Program-made: the position numbers and the translations under genes | Source of the DNA: Eledone cirrhosa | Taxonomy: Eukaryota | Length of the DNA: 64,000 nt | Reading direction: 5' to 3' | NCBI GenBank assembly: GCA_964016885.1 | Contig: OZ024763.1 | Span: forward strand, 16,182,001-16,246,000 | Notes under the pieces: generated by a model | Databases searched by the model: none | What the model was told of the DNA's origin: nothing | What the model saw: the letters and a program-made list of their open reading frames with translations, nothing else | In this document: piece by piece, positions 27,666 through 38,279 of the stretch | Numbering within the stretch: the stretch's first letter is position 1 | Layout of the letters: each line of letters opens with the position of its first letter

Positions 27666-27755
27666 CTGTAGTGAAACAGTGAAGTTGACTGACATTTAAA
27701 GATGGTGTGGAGCTTGCGGAACATCTGGTGGGTACATACATGTCTGTAGTGTTTC
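27666..27755 (-). CDS. SFI1-like protein, exon 9
   Basis: (CT)n-CCACAG acceptor, GTAGGA donor, 90 bp, phase 2-2; KHYRHVCTHQMFRKLHTIFKCQSTSLFHY. Confidence 0.82.
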
Positions 27756-28230
27756 CTGTGGAGAGAGAGAGAGAGAGTGAGTGTGTGGGAGAGAGAGAGA
27801 GGGGGGGAACATCTGGTGGGTACATACATGTCTGTAGTGTTTCCTGTGGAGAGAGAGAGAGTGAGTGTGTGGGAGAGAGAGAGAGGGGGGGAACATCTGG
27901 TGGGTACATACATGTCTGTAGTGTTTCCTGTGGAGAGAGAGAGAGTGAGTGTGTGGGAGAGAGAGAGAGGGGGAACATCTGGTGGGTACATACATGTCTG
28001 TAGTGTTTCCCGTGAAGAGAGACAGAGAGAGTGAGTGTGTGGGAGAGAGAGAGGGGTGGAACATCTGGTGGGTACATACATGTCTGTAGTGTTTCCTGTG
28101 GAGAGAGAGAGAGACAGAGAGAGTGAGTGTGTGGGAGAGAGAAAGGGACATCTGGTGGGAACATACATGTCTGTAGTGTTTCCTGTGGAGAGAGAGAGAG
28201 AGACAGACAGAGAGAATGAGTGTGTGGGAG
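27718..28230. repeat. 82-88-bp minisatellite (6 copies) comprising the 3' splice site and first ~38 nt of exon 9
   Basis: CAG|GAAACACTACAGACATG copies with acceptors at 27756, 27844, 27928, 28010 (mutated to CGG), 28096 and 28183. Confidence 0.9.
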
Positions 28231-28407
28231 ACAGAGTGAGGGAGTGAGTGAAAGAGAGAGAGAGTGAGTGAGGGAGTGTGAGTGAAAGAGAGAGAGAGAG
28301 AGAAAGAGAGAGCATGTGTGAGAGAGTGAGGGAGAGGGAGTGGAAGAGAGAGATGGTGAGAGAGAGTGATCATGAGAATCATTAGAACACCCTCCCCCAC
28401 CTTCCAA

Positions 28408-28978
28408 TATAGTACTATAGTATTATAGTACTATAGTATTATAGTACTATAGTATTATAGTACTATAGTATTATAGTACTATAGCATTATAGTACTATAG
28501 CATTATAGTACTATAGTATTATAGTACTATAGTATTATAGTACTATAGCATTATAGTACTATAGTATTATAGTACTATAGTATTATAGTACTATAGTATT
28601 ATAGTACTATAGTATTATAGTACTATAGTATTATAGTACTATAGCATTATAGTACTATAGTATTATAGTACTATAGTATTATAGTACTATAGTATTATAG
28701 TACTATAGCATTATAGTACTATAGCATTATAGTACTATAGCATTATAGTACTATAGTATTATAGTACTATAGCATTATAGTACTATAGTATTATAGTACT
28801 ATAGTATTATAGTACTATAGCATTATAGTACTATAGCATTATAGTACTATAGTATTATAGTACTATAGTATTATAGTACTATAGTATTATAGTACTATAG
28901 CATTATAGTACTATAGCATTATAGTACTATAGTATTATAGTACTATAGCATTATAGTACTATAGTACTATAGTACTAC
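28408..28978. repeat. 16-bp quasi-palindromic satellite TATAGTACTATAGYAT (~35 copies)
   Basis: The core TATAGTACTATA is its own reverse complement. Confidence 0.97.
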
Positions 28979-29069
28979 AACAACAACAACAACAACAACA
29001 GGAACAATAGCAGCAACAGCAATAACAACAAGAACGACATCATCAACAACAACAACAACACACTCTTAC

Positions 29070-29156
29070 CTAGCTGTCATTTCCATAATCTTCAGTTTCT
29101 GCCTATGTCTGTTATATGTTAGCCAACAACACCACATCTTCAACGTCAGCTGGGTT
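29070..29156 (-). CDS. SFI1-like protein, exon 8
   Basis: CAG acceptor, GTAAGA donor, 87 bp, phase 2-2; TQLTLKMWCCWLTYNRHRQKLKIMEMTA. Confidence 0.85.
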
Positions 29157-29164
29157 CTGTGATG

Positions 29165-30082
29165 GAGATAGTGTTGAATACAGAGTTATTCCTCCTTGAA
29201 GATAATATAGAGAATTTAGTGGCTTTCCCTTGGATATATTGTAGAATACAGAGTTATTTCCCCTTGATAATGTAGAGAATAGAGTGACTTCGCCTTGAAG
29301 ATAATGTAGAGAAGAGAGTGACTTCACCCTTGAAGATGATGTAGCGAATAGAGTGACTTCCCCTTGAATAAAATGTAGAGAATAGAGTGACTTCCCCTTG
29401 AATATAATGTAGAGAATAGAGTGACTTCCCCTTGAATAGATTGTAGAATTCAGAGTTATTCCCCCTTGAAGATAATTGTTTCTACTTTAGGCACAAGGCC
29501 AGCAATTACCCAGTGCATTACTGGTACGTTATTTTATCGACCCTGTAAGGATGAAAGGCAAAGTCAACCTCGGCGGGATTTGAACTCAGATCGTAAAGGG
29601 ACGTAACTATGCTGGAAAGCATGGCGTCCGACCCTCTACCGATACTGCCAATCCACCACCCCTTGAAGATAATGTAGAGAAGATAGTGATTTCCCCTTTG
29701 AAGATGATGCAGTGAATAGAGTGACTTCCCCTTGAATATAATGTAGAGAATAGAGTGACTTCCCCTTGAAGATAATGTAGAGAATAGAGTGACTTCCCCT
29801 TGAAGATAATGTAGACGATAGAGTGATGTCCCCTTGAAGATGTTGTAGAATACAGAGTGACTTCTACTTGGACATAATGTAGAAAACAGAGTGATTTCCC
29901 CTCAGTGATAATGTAGAGAACAGTGACTTCTTGACGATAATGTAGAATACAGTGAGTTTTCCCTTGAAGATGATGTAGAATACAGAGTGACTTCTCCTTC
30001 GAGGTAATGTAATTATTGTAGTGACATCTAGATGTAGATATTTTAGAATTCACAGTGGTCTCCCTTTGGGTATAATGTAGAT
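29165..30082. repeat. Diverged ~34-bp tandem repeat interrupted by a SINE A copy (29476-29660)
   Basis: Unit CCCCTTGAAGATAATGTAGAGAATAGAGTGACTT; CCCTTGAAGATAAT flanks both sides of the SINE (TSD-like). Confidence 0.85.
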
Positions 30083-30785
30083 TTATGTACAATGTATAGT
30101 AACTTCATTATGTAGAGTATATGTGTGTATATATATATATATATTGTTCACATTAATTTCTATATTTTCCTTTATATTTATACTCGGAATTGATCCTAGA
30201 GTGCTTAAAATTATTTGTGACTAAACACGGTCTTTTTTAAAAAAAAAACGCGATAATATTGCTATTTTGCTGAACTCCTTACATTTTGTAGAGTTTTTTC
30301 GGAACGTTTTTGACTGCTGTTTCTTGTAAATAGACATTCGTCTCATTCTGACGTCACCAGCCATGTCTCTCTATGTGTGTTTATTTTCATAATTCTGCAC
30401 GAGGTGAACTAGCCTGCTTTTCAATTCCCTTTTTGGCATATTTTGGCAGTGGGACTTTTGGTTATCGCGTTGAGCTCTACTGAGGAACGATTCCAACCGT
30501 GACAAATCACACTGAAAATTTTCGTGAAATAGTCTTTTTAAGACTACATAGAGCATTTGTAGTTTTTCCAAATCGAAGGATGAGTATTTAAACTTTATTT
30601 TATTCTGAGTTAAGACTCTGGATTTCACAAAATCTGTGGATTAAATCTCTGTCTTGATTTTTTTTTAATTGAGTTTGAATTATTTTCCCACATCTTACGT
30701 TAATTATTTTCCATTTTGACGTTATAGTAACTTATATATTATGAAATACTGTTGGCTTCTTGCTCACATTAATTTCTATATTTTC

Positions 30786-30839
<54 letters not shown>

Positions 30840-30841
<2 letters not shown>

Positions 30842-31074
30842 TATAAACGTTTGAATATGTGTAATAAAGCCAAAACAATGGAGGTATGGACATAGAAAAA
30901 AGAATGCAATTGTAAAAGATATTGTTGACAATATTATCTCAAAAATTAAGGACATTTAAATAAATCTAAGGTAAAGGACGAATTGTCAACAATATCTTTT
31001 ACAATTGCATTCTTTTTTCTATGTCCATACCTGCATTGTTTTGGCTTTATTACACATATTCAAACGTTTATACC
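30840..31074. repeat. ~92-bp inverted repeat with a ~50-bp spacer
   Basis: 30840-30932 against 30982-31074, with about two differences. Confidence 0.9.
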
Positions 31075-31328
31075 TCATTACACAATGCTTCAAGTGAACT
31101 ATAACCTCCTCCCATATATATATATATAATTATCATACTTTGGGTGGGTCATTCTGCCAATAAAAACACACACACATATTGAGTTTCACTTCAACTTATT
31201 ATCATAATTTACCAGTCAATTAGTTTAATAGCCAGCCAGGAAAGTATAAAAATAAAATTGAAGTGAAACCCAACAAGTACATATGCTTATTATTGGCAGC
31301 ATGACTCCCCCGGAAAAGCGGGTGTAAA

Positions 31329-31360
<32 letters not shown>

Positions 31361-31391
31361 ATATAGTCCCTAGTTTTAAATTAATCATTAC

Positions 31392-31505
31392 CTATAATGA
31401 AAATCTGCTTTGGATTGCTGTAACCTTCTGTGATAATGTAACTTCCATGTCTTGAAACAAGCTTGTAGTTGATTCCTGCAGGTTATTTCTCTAAGTATAC
31501 GTATC
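31392..31505 (-). CDS. SFI1-like protein, exon 7
   Basis: TTTTAG acceptor, GTAATG donor, 114 bp, phase 2-2; IRILREITCRNQLQACFKTWKLHYHRRLQQSKADFHY. Confidence 0.88.
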
Positions 31506-31764
31506 CTAAAATTGAAATATATATATATATATATGTAAAAAGTAAACAAATGACAAAGCAAGCAACACAGTACAACGAAGAAGAAGAAAAAAAGAAGAAG
31601 AAGAAAAAAAAGAAAAAGAAGAGAAAAATCATAGATGTTGTTTTTCTTATGTTGGGGTCAACTTTGCCTTTTAGCTTTCCTGGGTTGATAAAATGAAGTA
31701 TCAGTCAATGCTGGGGTTGATTTAACCCTTTAGCATTTAAACCGGCCATGTATGTATGTATCAT

Positions 31765-32355
31765 CATTATCATCATCATCGTTTAACGACCATCTTCCAC
31801 GCTAGCATGGGTTAGACGGGAGTTGTCCCACTTGAGGCAAGATTGATTGGGTGACCGTGTCTCGCTCATATAGGACTATCTGGCAGGTTTTCTACGGCTG
31901 GATGCCCTTCCTAACACCAACCACATTTACAGTGTGGAACTGGGAACTTTTTACCGTGTTACCTACACGGCCACATTACAGCGTGGACTGTGTGTTTTTA
32001 CTGTGTTACCTACATGGCCACATTACAGCGTGGACTGTGTGTTTTTACTGTGTTACCTACACGGCCACATTACAGCGTGGACTGTGTGTTTTTACTGTGT
32101 TACCTACATGGCCACATTACAGCGTGGACTGTGTGTTTTTACTGTGTTACCTACACGGCCACATTACAGCGTGGACTGTGTGTGTTTTTGTCGTGACACC
32201 TACACTATCTCGATCTCATTATCTCATTTATTTGGACTGGATGTTGTAGTACCAACTTTACAGAGAGGGGGTGGTGTTGGTGGGAGTGGGAGGGTAGGGT
32301 AGGGGTAGTGGATTGGGGTGTATATTTGGTTAAGAGGTGCCAACTGATACTGACT
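31765..32355 (-). mobile_element. RTE 3' UTR fragment with an internal 47-bp x5 tandem duplication
   Basis: Homologous to 700-1080; GCGTGGACTG recurs every 47 bp between 31955 and 32185. Confidence 0.8.
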
Positions 32356-33111
32356 GTATGTATGTATATATGTATGTATATATGTATATATGTTATGTCG
32401 GGTCACTCTTGAGTGCTACTGGTAACATGTAACCCAGTATAACCTGTCGCATGGTCGGGTCGTTGGCGACTAAACCGGCAACCCCACCAAGTTAACTTGG
32501 TGAGGAGGGTGGCTTTGGACACCCTGCAGGACAAAAAACAAAACCTGACAAAGGGCAGAAGAACTCATAAGAGTCAATGGCCATCCAAAAGTGTGTAAAT
32601 ATGTATATATACATGTACATATGTATTATATGTATATGTACATGAGTGCATGTGTGTGTATATGCGTGGGGACATAGAAATAGTCAGGCTGCACACCCGA
32701 TCGCGTGGTTAAGTCACTGGGAATGAAGGACCCCTAGCCTTTGTCAGGGCATTCTTCTAGGAGAAGGCAACTCAGGAAACTGGGATAACTCCGATATAAA
32801 ACCTGCGGCTCAGTAGTTTCCAAAGATGTTGATCTTTTTTTCTTTTCAGGTTATAGCTACTGTCGCTCAGAGAGTGGGATTGGCTCAGTGCACAGTCTTT
32901 CCTCACTTTAAAAAATATCTTAACGCACAGGCATTGCACGATAGAATTAATTAATAATTATTAATAATGGTATATCGTGCAATGGTCATACTCGATAACG
33001 AGGGAGCAGTCATCATATATGTATGTATGTATGTAAACCAGTTCCTCTTTTTGAATAAATGCATTCCATGTTCAGAGAGTGGGATTGTCTCAGTGCAAAG
33101 CCTTTCCTCAC

Positions 33112-33350
33112 TTAACACTTTAGCATTTAAACCGGCCATATCCAGCCAGAATTCTCTCACCTTTTTCTCTACAAACCGGTCATAACTGGCTGCTCATACT
33201 GATGTTAAAGTATTGTTCTCAAAATAAATAATCACATCATCAAAATCTCATAGATTCAATATTATGTGGGATAATTAATCATGTGAGATAAAGCCTTTAC
33301 TGCAAAAATACAATAGTATATATAGAGTAATGTAAATGCTAAAGGGTTAA
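33112..33350 (+). mobile_element. piggyBac-like MITE, solo copy
   Basis: TTAA at both ends; terminal inverted repeats C(A/C)CTTTAGCATTTA / TAAATGCTAAAGGG. Confidence 0.8.
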
Positions 33351-33420
33351 TAAACTTTATCCTTCCTTCCAAATTTACTGGGGGCTCTGTGCTTAAACTA
33401 GAAATTAATATTTATATTAC

Positions 33421-33506
33421 CTTTTCTTCAAAGCTGCATTTTCCTTCCATAGATGCAAGGTTGCTCTCAATTGATTCCGCAAATGGATCTTTGTCTTCAC
33501 TTCCCA
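33421..33506 (-). CDS. SFI1-like protein, exon 6
   Basis: CAG acceptor, GTAATA donor, 86 bp, phase 0-2; WEVKTKIHLRNQLRATLHLWKENAALKK (a different frame from the listed ORF). Confidence 0.87.
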
Positions 33507-34360
33507 CTGAGGAAGAGAGAAAACTTTCATAATCATCATCATAATCATCATCATTATTATCATCATTTTTAACATCTGCTTTCCCTACCAGCAAGGGTTG
33601 GACGAGGTCTTCACAGACTGAGTCAGTACTGAAGCAAGTTTACTGACCTCCCTGATAGGCCGGGATCCTCATCTTGCTTACTTACGGTCCCACACACTAC
33701 TGAATGCATTTTATCATGGCACCAACACTAGAGAGGTTGTCATGTCTTTCACACAACTGAAGGGCCTTCTAAACCCTTTGACAAGCTTTCTACAGCTTGA
33801 TGCCCTCCCTATCACAACCATTTTACCATGTGTATTGGGTGTGTTTATTATGTAGATCACACCAACGCCAGGAAAGTTGTCATGTCTTTCTCACAACTAA
33901 TGAGTCCTCTCAAGCCTTTTAGGCATGCTTTCTACAGCAGGGTGCCCTTCCTATCACCAAAATATAGTGCCTTGTTCAAGGAGAGAGAGGGCATGCTACT
34001 GATAATCGAACACACAATCTCATGATTGAGGGCCGAAGATGCAACATGTCTTCACAGTAAAAAAAGTGTAGTATCTTGCTCAGGGACCCAATGTGCCACT
34101 GGGAATTGAATTCATGACCTCACGGTCATTAGCCAAGGACCTTAACTACTATTCCACATGTCACATGCCTTCACAGTAAAAATTAATATAGTGTTTTGCT
34201 CAGGAAGAGAACGCACCATTCAGAATCAAACTCATGAGTGAAAGACCCTAACCACTAAGCTATATGCCTTCAGAGTAAAAGAAATATAGTGTCTTGCTCA
34301 GGGACACAACGTGCCAGCAAAAAAAAAAAAAAAAAAAATAGTAACAAAGAGGTGACAAAC

Positions 34361-34574
34361 TTTTTGAAGGCAAGACTTAAGCCACAGTTGGTTGATCTTT
34401 TCTTGGAGGGATTCCAACATAAGACGGCTCTTCAAAGCTGCCTGGCTCAGGGCCTTCAGCCCTTTGCGAAGGCTGTGTTTCTTCAGTAGATCTCTGGCAA
34501 TGCATTCTTTCCGCCATTCTTGATACCAGACAACCAGGTATTTGTATTGTATGAATTTATTGGGGATCTGTTCT
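34361..34574 (-). CDS. SFI1-like protein, exon 5
   Basis: First AG after a long T-rich tract, AAA|GTTTGT donor, 214 bp, phase 2-0; EQIPNKFIQYKYLVVWYQEWRKECIARDLLKKHSLRKGLKAL..LWLKSCLQK. Confidence 0.82.
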
Positions 34575-35369
34575 CTTTTGGGGAAGAAGACAAAAATAAA
34601 AACAAAACAAAAACAAACAAGAAATAAAATAAATAGCAACAAAAAGAAAAATATTACAAAAACAACAAAGATATGACATAAAAAACAATAATAATGATTT
34701 CTACTATAGGCACAAAGCCAGCAATTTGGGGAAAGAGGAAAGTCGATTAAATCGAACCCAGTGCATTACTGGTACTTTATTTTATCAAAGGATGAAAGGC
34801 AAAGCTAACCTCGGAGGTATTTACTAGAATAATTGTTTCTATTTTAGGCACAAGGCCAGCAATTACCCAGTACATTACTGGTACGTTATTTTATCGACCC
34901 CGTAATGATGAAAGGCAAAGTTAACCTCGGCGGGATTTGAACTCAGACCATAAAGGGACGTAACTCTATGCTTCAAAGCATGGTGTCCGACTCTCTACCG
35001 ATACTGCCAATCCACAGAATAATATTGCATAAAAATACAACAAAATCATCTGAGCCAATCATCAGATCAGATCGAAGAAACAATGTTTCAATTGGTCTTT
35101 CCATTGCTGATACTGTCTGTTGGTCAAAACAACTGGCAGAAGAAAGGAGTTGATCATCAGATCAGACCAAAGAAACAATGTTTTCATTGGTCTTTCCATT
35201 GCTGATACTGTCTGTTGGTCACAACTACTGGCAGAAGAAAGGAACTGATCATCAGATCAGACCAAAGAAGCAATGTTTCCATTAGTCTTTCTTTCCATTA
35301 CTGATACTATTTGCTGTTTGAAACTCCAGATTTTCATCAAAATATAACTTCAAACAAAGACAGACTTAC

Positions 35370-35422
35370 ATTTTATGGATTTCTTGAAGAAAATTTGGCT
35401 TCGGCTTTTCCCAATATGGATT
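35370..35422 (-). CDS. SFI1-like protein, exon 4
   Basis: TTTTTACAG acceptor, GTAAGT donor, 53 bp, phase 0-2; NPYWEKPKPNFLQEIHK. Confidence 0.75.
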
Positions 35423-36048
35423 CTGTAAAAAGAAACAGCTTGAATGTTTCAGATGAAATTTTATAAAAGAAATATTCAATAGATGGTAATAACTGCTTTG
35501 AAAATAATCCGGCCCCAAACCAGTTCTGGTTCTATGAAAGGAAATCACCTATTTTTTAACCCTCTCAGTCTTGGCTGCCAAGACTGGAATTGAACCATCA
35601 GCACAGTTGCGGCATGTCAAACATCAATTTATATATTTTATCTGATGAGGACGTATTGAAAAAACAGCACAGTACCACCAAAATATATATAATAAAACAT
35701 ATATTTTGATTACGTGAATGTCTCCATTTATTAATATTTTGAATAATATTAATAACTCCAGATAACTTCATTGTTGAGTGCTTTTAATCTATTGTAAAAC
35801 TATATTAATTGAATAATCAATGAACCTTGTTTAACATTTGGTTATATATATATATTTTTTCTTCTTGCCTTCCTCCTCTTTACACCCTCTCTTATATCTC
35901 TAATGTGCTCCATGTCCCTTTCTTCTTTAAGTTTATCATATTATTATTTGTGGTATATAAATGTTGAGATTTGATGAAATAAATCACTGCCAATACAGGA
36001 ATTGAAATATCAAGACAGTTGAGGTATGTCATATATCAAATCATATAT

Positions 36049-36108
36049 TTTATCTGACGAGGATGTACTGAAAAAACAACACAGTACCTTCGAAATATAT
36101 ATAATAAA
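36049..36108 (+). ncRNA. Type I hammerhead ribozyme in the second of two ~225-bp direct repeats (35575-35800, 35987-36205)
   Basis: TTTAT-CTGACGA-GGATGTACTG..CAGTACCTTC-GAAA-TATATA-TA-ATAAA; the sister copy at 35637-35696 has GAAA changed to AAAA. Confidence 0.65.
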
Positions 36109-36624
36109 GCATATATTTTGATTACGTGAATGTCTATATTTATTAATATTTTGAATTAATATTAATAACTCCAGAAAACCTCTATTGAGTGCTTCTAATC
36201 TATTGTATATATATATATATATGTTTCTACTTTTGGCACAAGGCCAGCAATTATCCCAGTGTATTACTGGTACTTTATTTTATTGACCCCGTGAGGATGA
36301 AAGGCAAAGTTAACCTCGGCGGGATTTGAACTCAGTCCGTAAAGGGACGTAACTGTGCTGCAAAGCATGGCACCCGACCCTCTACCGATACTGCCAATTC
36401 ACCGCCCTTTTGTATATATATAGAGAAAGAGAGAGAGAGTGAGAGAGAGGGAGATAGAGACAGATTGATAGATAAATAGATATGTAGTTAGATAGAGAGA
36501 TATCCAGATTCGAAGAGGTACACCGTATCTCTCCAGGTTGTAAGAAGCAACTAAAAGAGTTTGTGTCACGAAGAGCATCTGGCTGTCAAACATTGTCTCA
36601 AAAAGTCCCATCTAACCCATGCTA

Positions 36625-36976
36625 ACGATGATGATGATGATGATGATGTTGATGGTGGTGGTGGTGGTGGTGGTGGCTGTTTTGGTTGTTGTTGTTGTTG
36701 TTGTTGTTGTTATGACGATGTTGGTTGTTGTTGTGATGGCGGTGGTTGTTATTGTGGAAGTGATGATGGTGGTGGTGGTGGTGGTGGTGGTTTTGGTTGT
36801 TGTTGTTGTTGTTGTTGTTGTTGTTATGACGATGTTGGTTGTTGTTGTGATGGCGGTGGTTGTTATTGTGGAAGTGATGGTGGTGGTGGTGGTGGTGGTG
36901 GTTTTGGTTATTGTTGTTGTTGCTGTTGTGGTGGTGGTGGCTGTTTTGGCGGTTGTTGTTGTTGTTGTTGTTGTGG

Positions 36977-37035
<59 letters not shown>

Positions 37036-37325
37036 GTGGTGGTGGTGGTGGTGGTGGCTGTTGTTGTTGTTGTTGTTGTTGTTACAGTTGTTGTTGTTGT
37101 GGTGATGATAATGATGATGGTTGTTGTTGTTGTGGTGGTGGTGGTGGTGGTTGTTGTTGTTGTTGTTGTTTTGGTGGTTGTTATTGTTGTTGTTAGTTGT
37201 TGTTGTGGTGGTGGTGGTGATGGGGGTTTTGGTTGTTGTTGTTGTGGTGATGATAATGATGATGGTTGTTGTTTTTGTTGTTGTTGTTGTTGTTGTGGTA
37301 ATTATGATGATGATGATGGTGGTGC
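36625..37325. repeat. Compound GTT/GGT/GAT triplet tract
   Basis: Seen directly. Confidence 0.95.
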
Positions 37326-37474
37326 TGTCAGTAATGAAATAGTTATAAGAAAATCTATAAAACATGAAATTTCCATGTATCCTGGCAGTATCAATAATTC
37401 CCTGCCCACGTATTCTCCAGATATTCCATGTTGATCCAGCACACAGTTAGACAATGTTAAATGCTAAAGATTTT

Positions 37475-37569
<95 letters not shown>

Positions 37570-37619
37570 TACACATATATATATATATATATTATATATA
37601 TTTATATATATATATACAC

Positions 37620-37692
<73 letters not shown>

Positions 37693-37732
37693 TATATATT
37701 TACACACACACATATATATATACACATATATG

Positions 37733-37780
<48 letters not shown>

Positions 37781-38001
37781 CACATACACATATATATATA
37801 TACACACACACATATATATATATATATATACACACACATATATATATATACACACACACATATATATATACACACACACATATATATATACACACACACA
37901 TATATATATATACACACACACATATATATATATACACACACACACATATATATATATACACACACACACACATATATATATATACACACACACACATACA
38001 C

Positions 38002-38054
<53 letters not shown>

Positions 38055-38146
38055 CACACACATATATACACACACACACACATAATATATATATATGTAT
38101 ATACTACTAGCTAATCCATTCTATGAGACGGGGGTGGAGGTATTAC

Positions 38147-38174
38147 CTGTTGGAGTGGATATCCTGGCTTAAGC
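38147..38174 (-). CDS. SFI1-like protein, exon 3 (28-bp microexon)
   Basis: TATTTTACAG acceptor, CAG|GTAATA donor, phase 2-0; LKPGYPLQQ. Chosen for strong sites and phase fit. Confidence 0.55.
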
Positions 38175-38279
38175 CTGTAAAATAGATTTTGCTCAATACG
38201 GATGATGGGATAAATAATTGATGGAGAAGAAGAAATGATGTTTATAGTACTGGACACACTGAGCACTCTAGTGTTGTAA

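Noticed and set aside
32400-32482. Possible HDV-like ribozyme (GGGTCAC/GTAACCC, CTGGT/ACCGG, C-TAA)
   Set aside because: No P3/L3 or P1.1 can be formed, and simple local hairpins explain the complementarity; it may be a retroelement 5' UTR remnant.
36524-36625. Candidate extra exon
   Set aside because: Resembles a degenerate SINE/LINE tail, has a weak donor, and is not needed for phase continuity.
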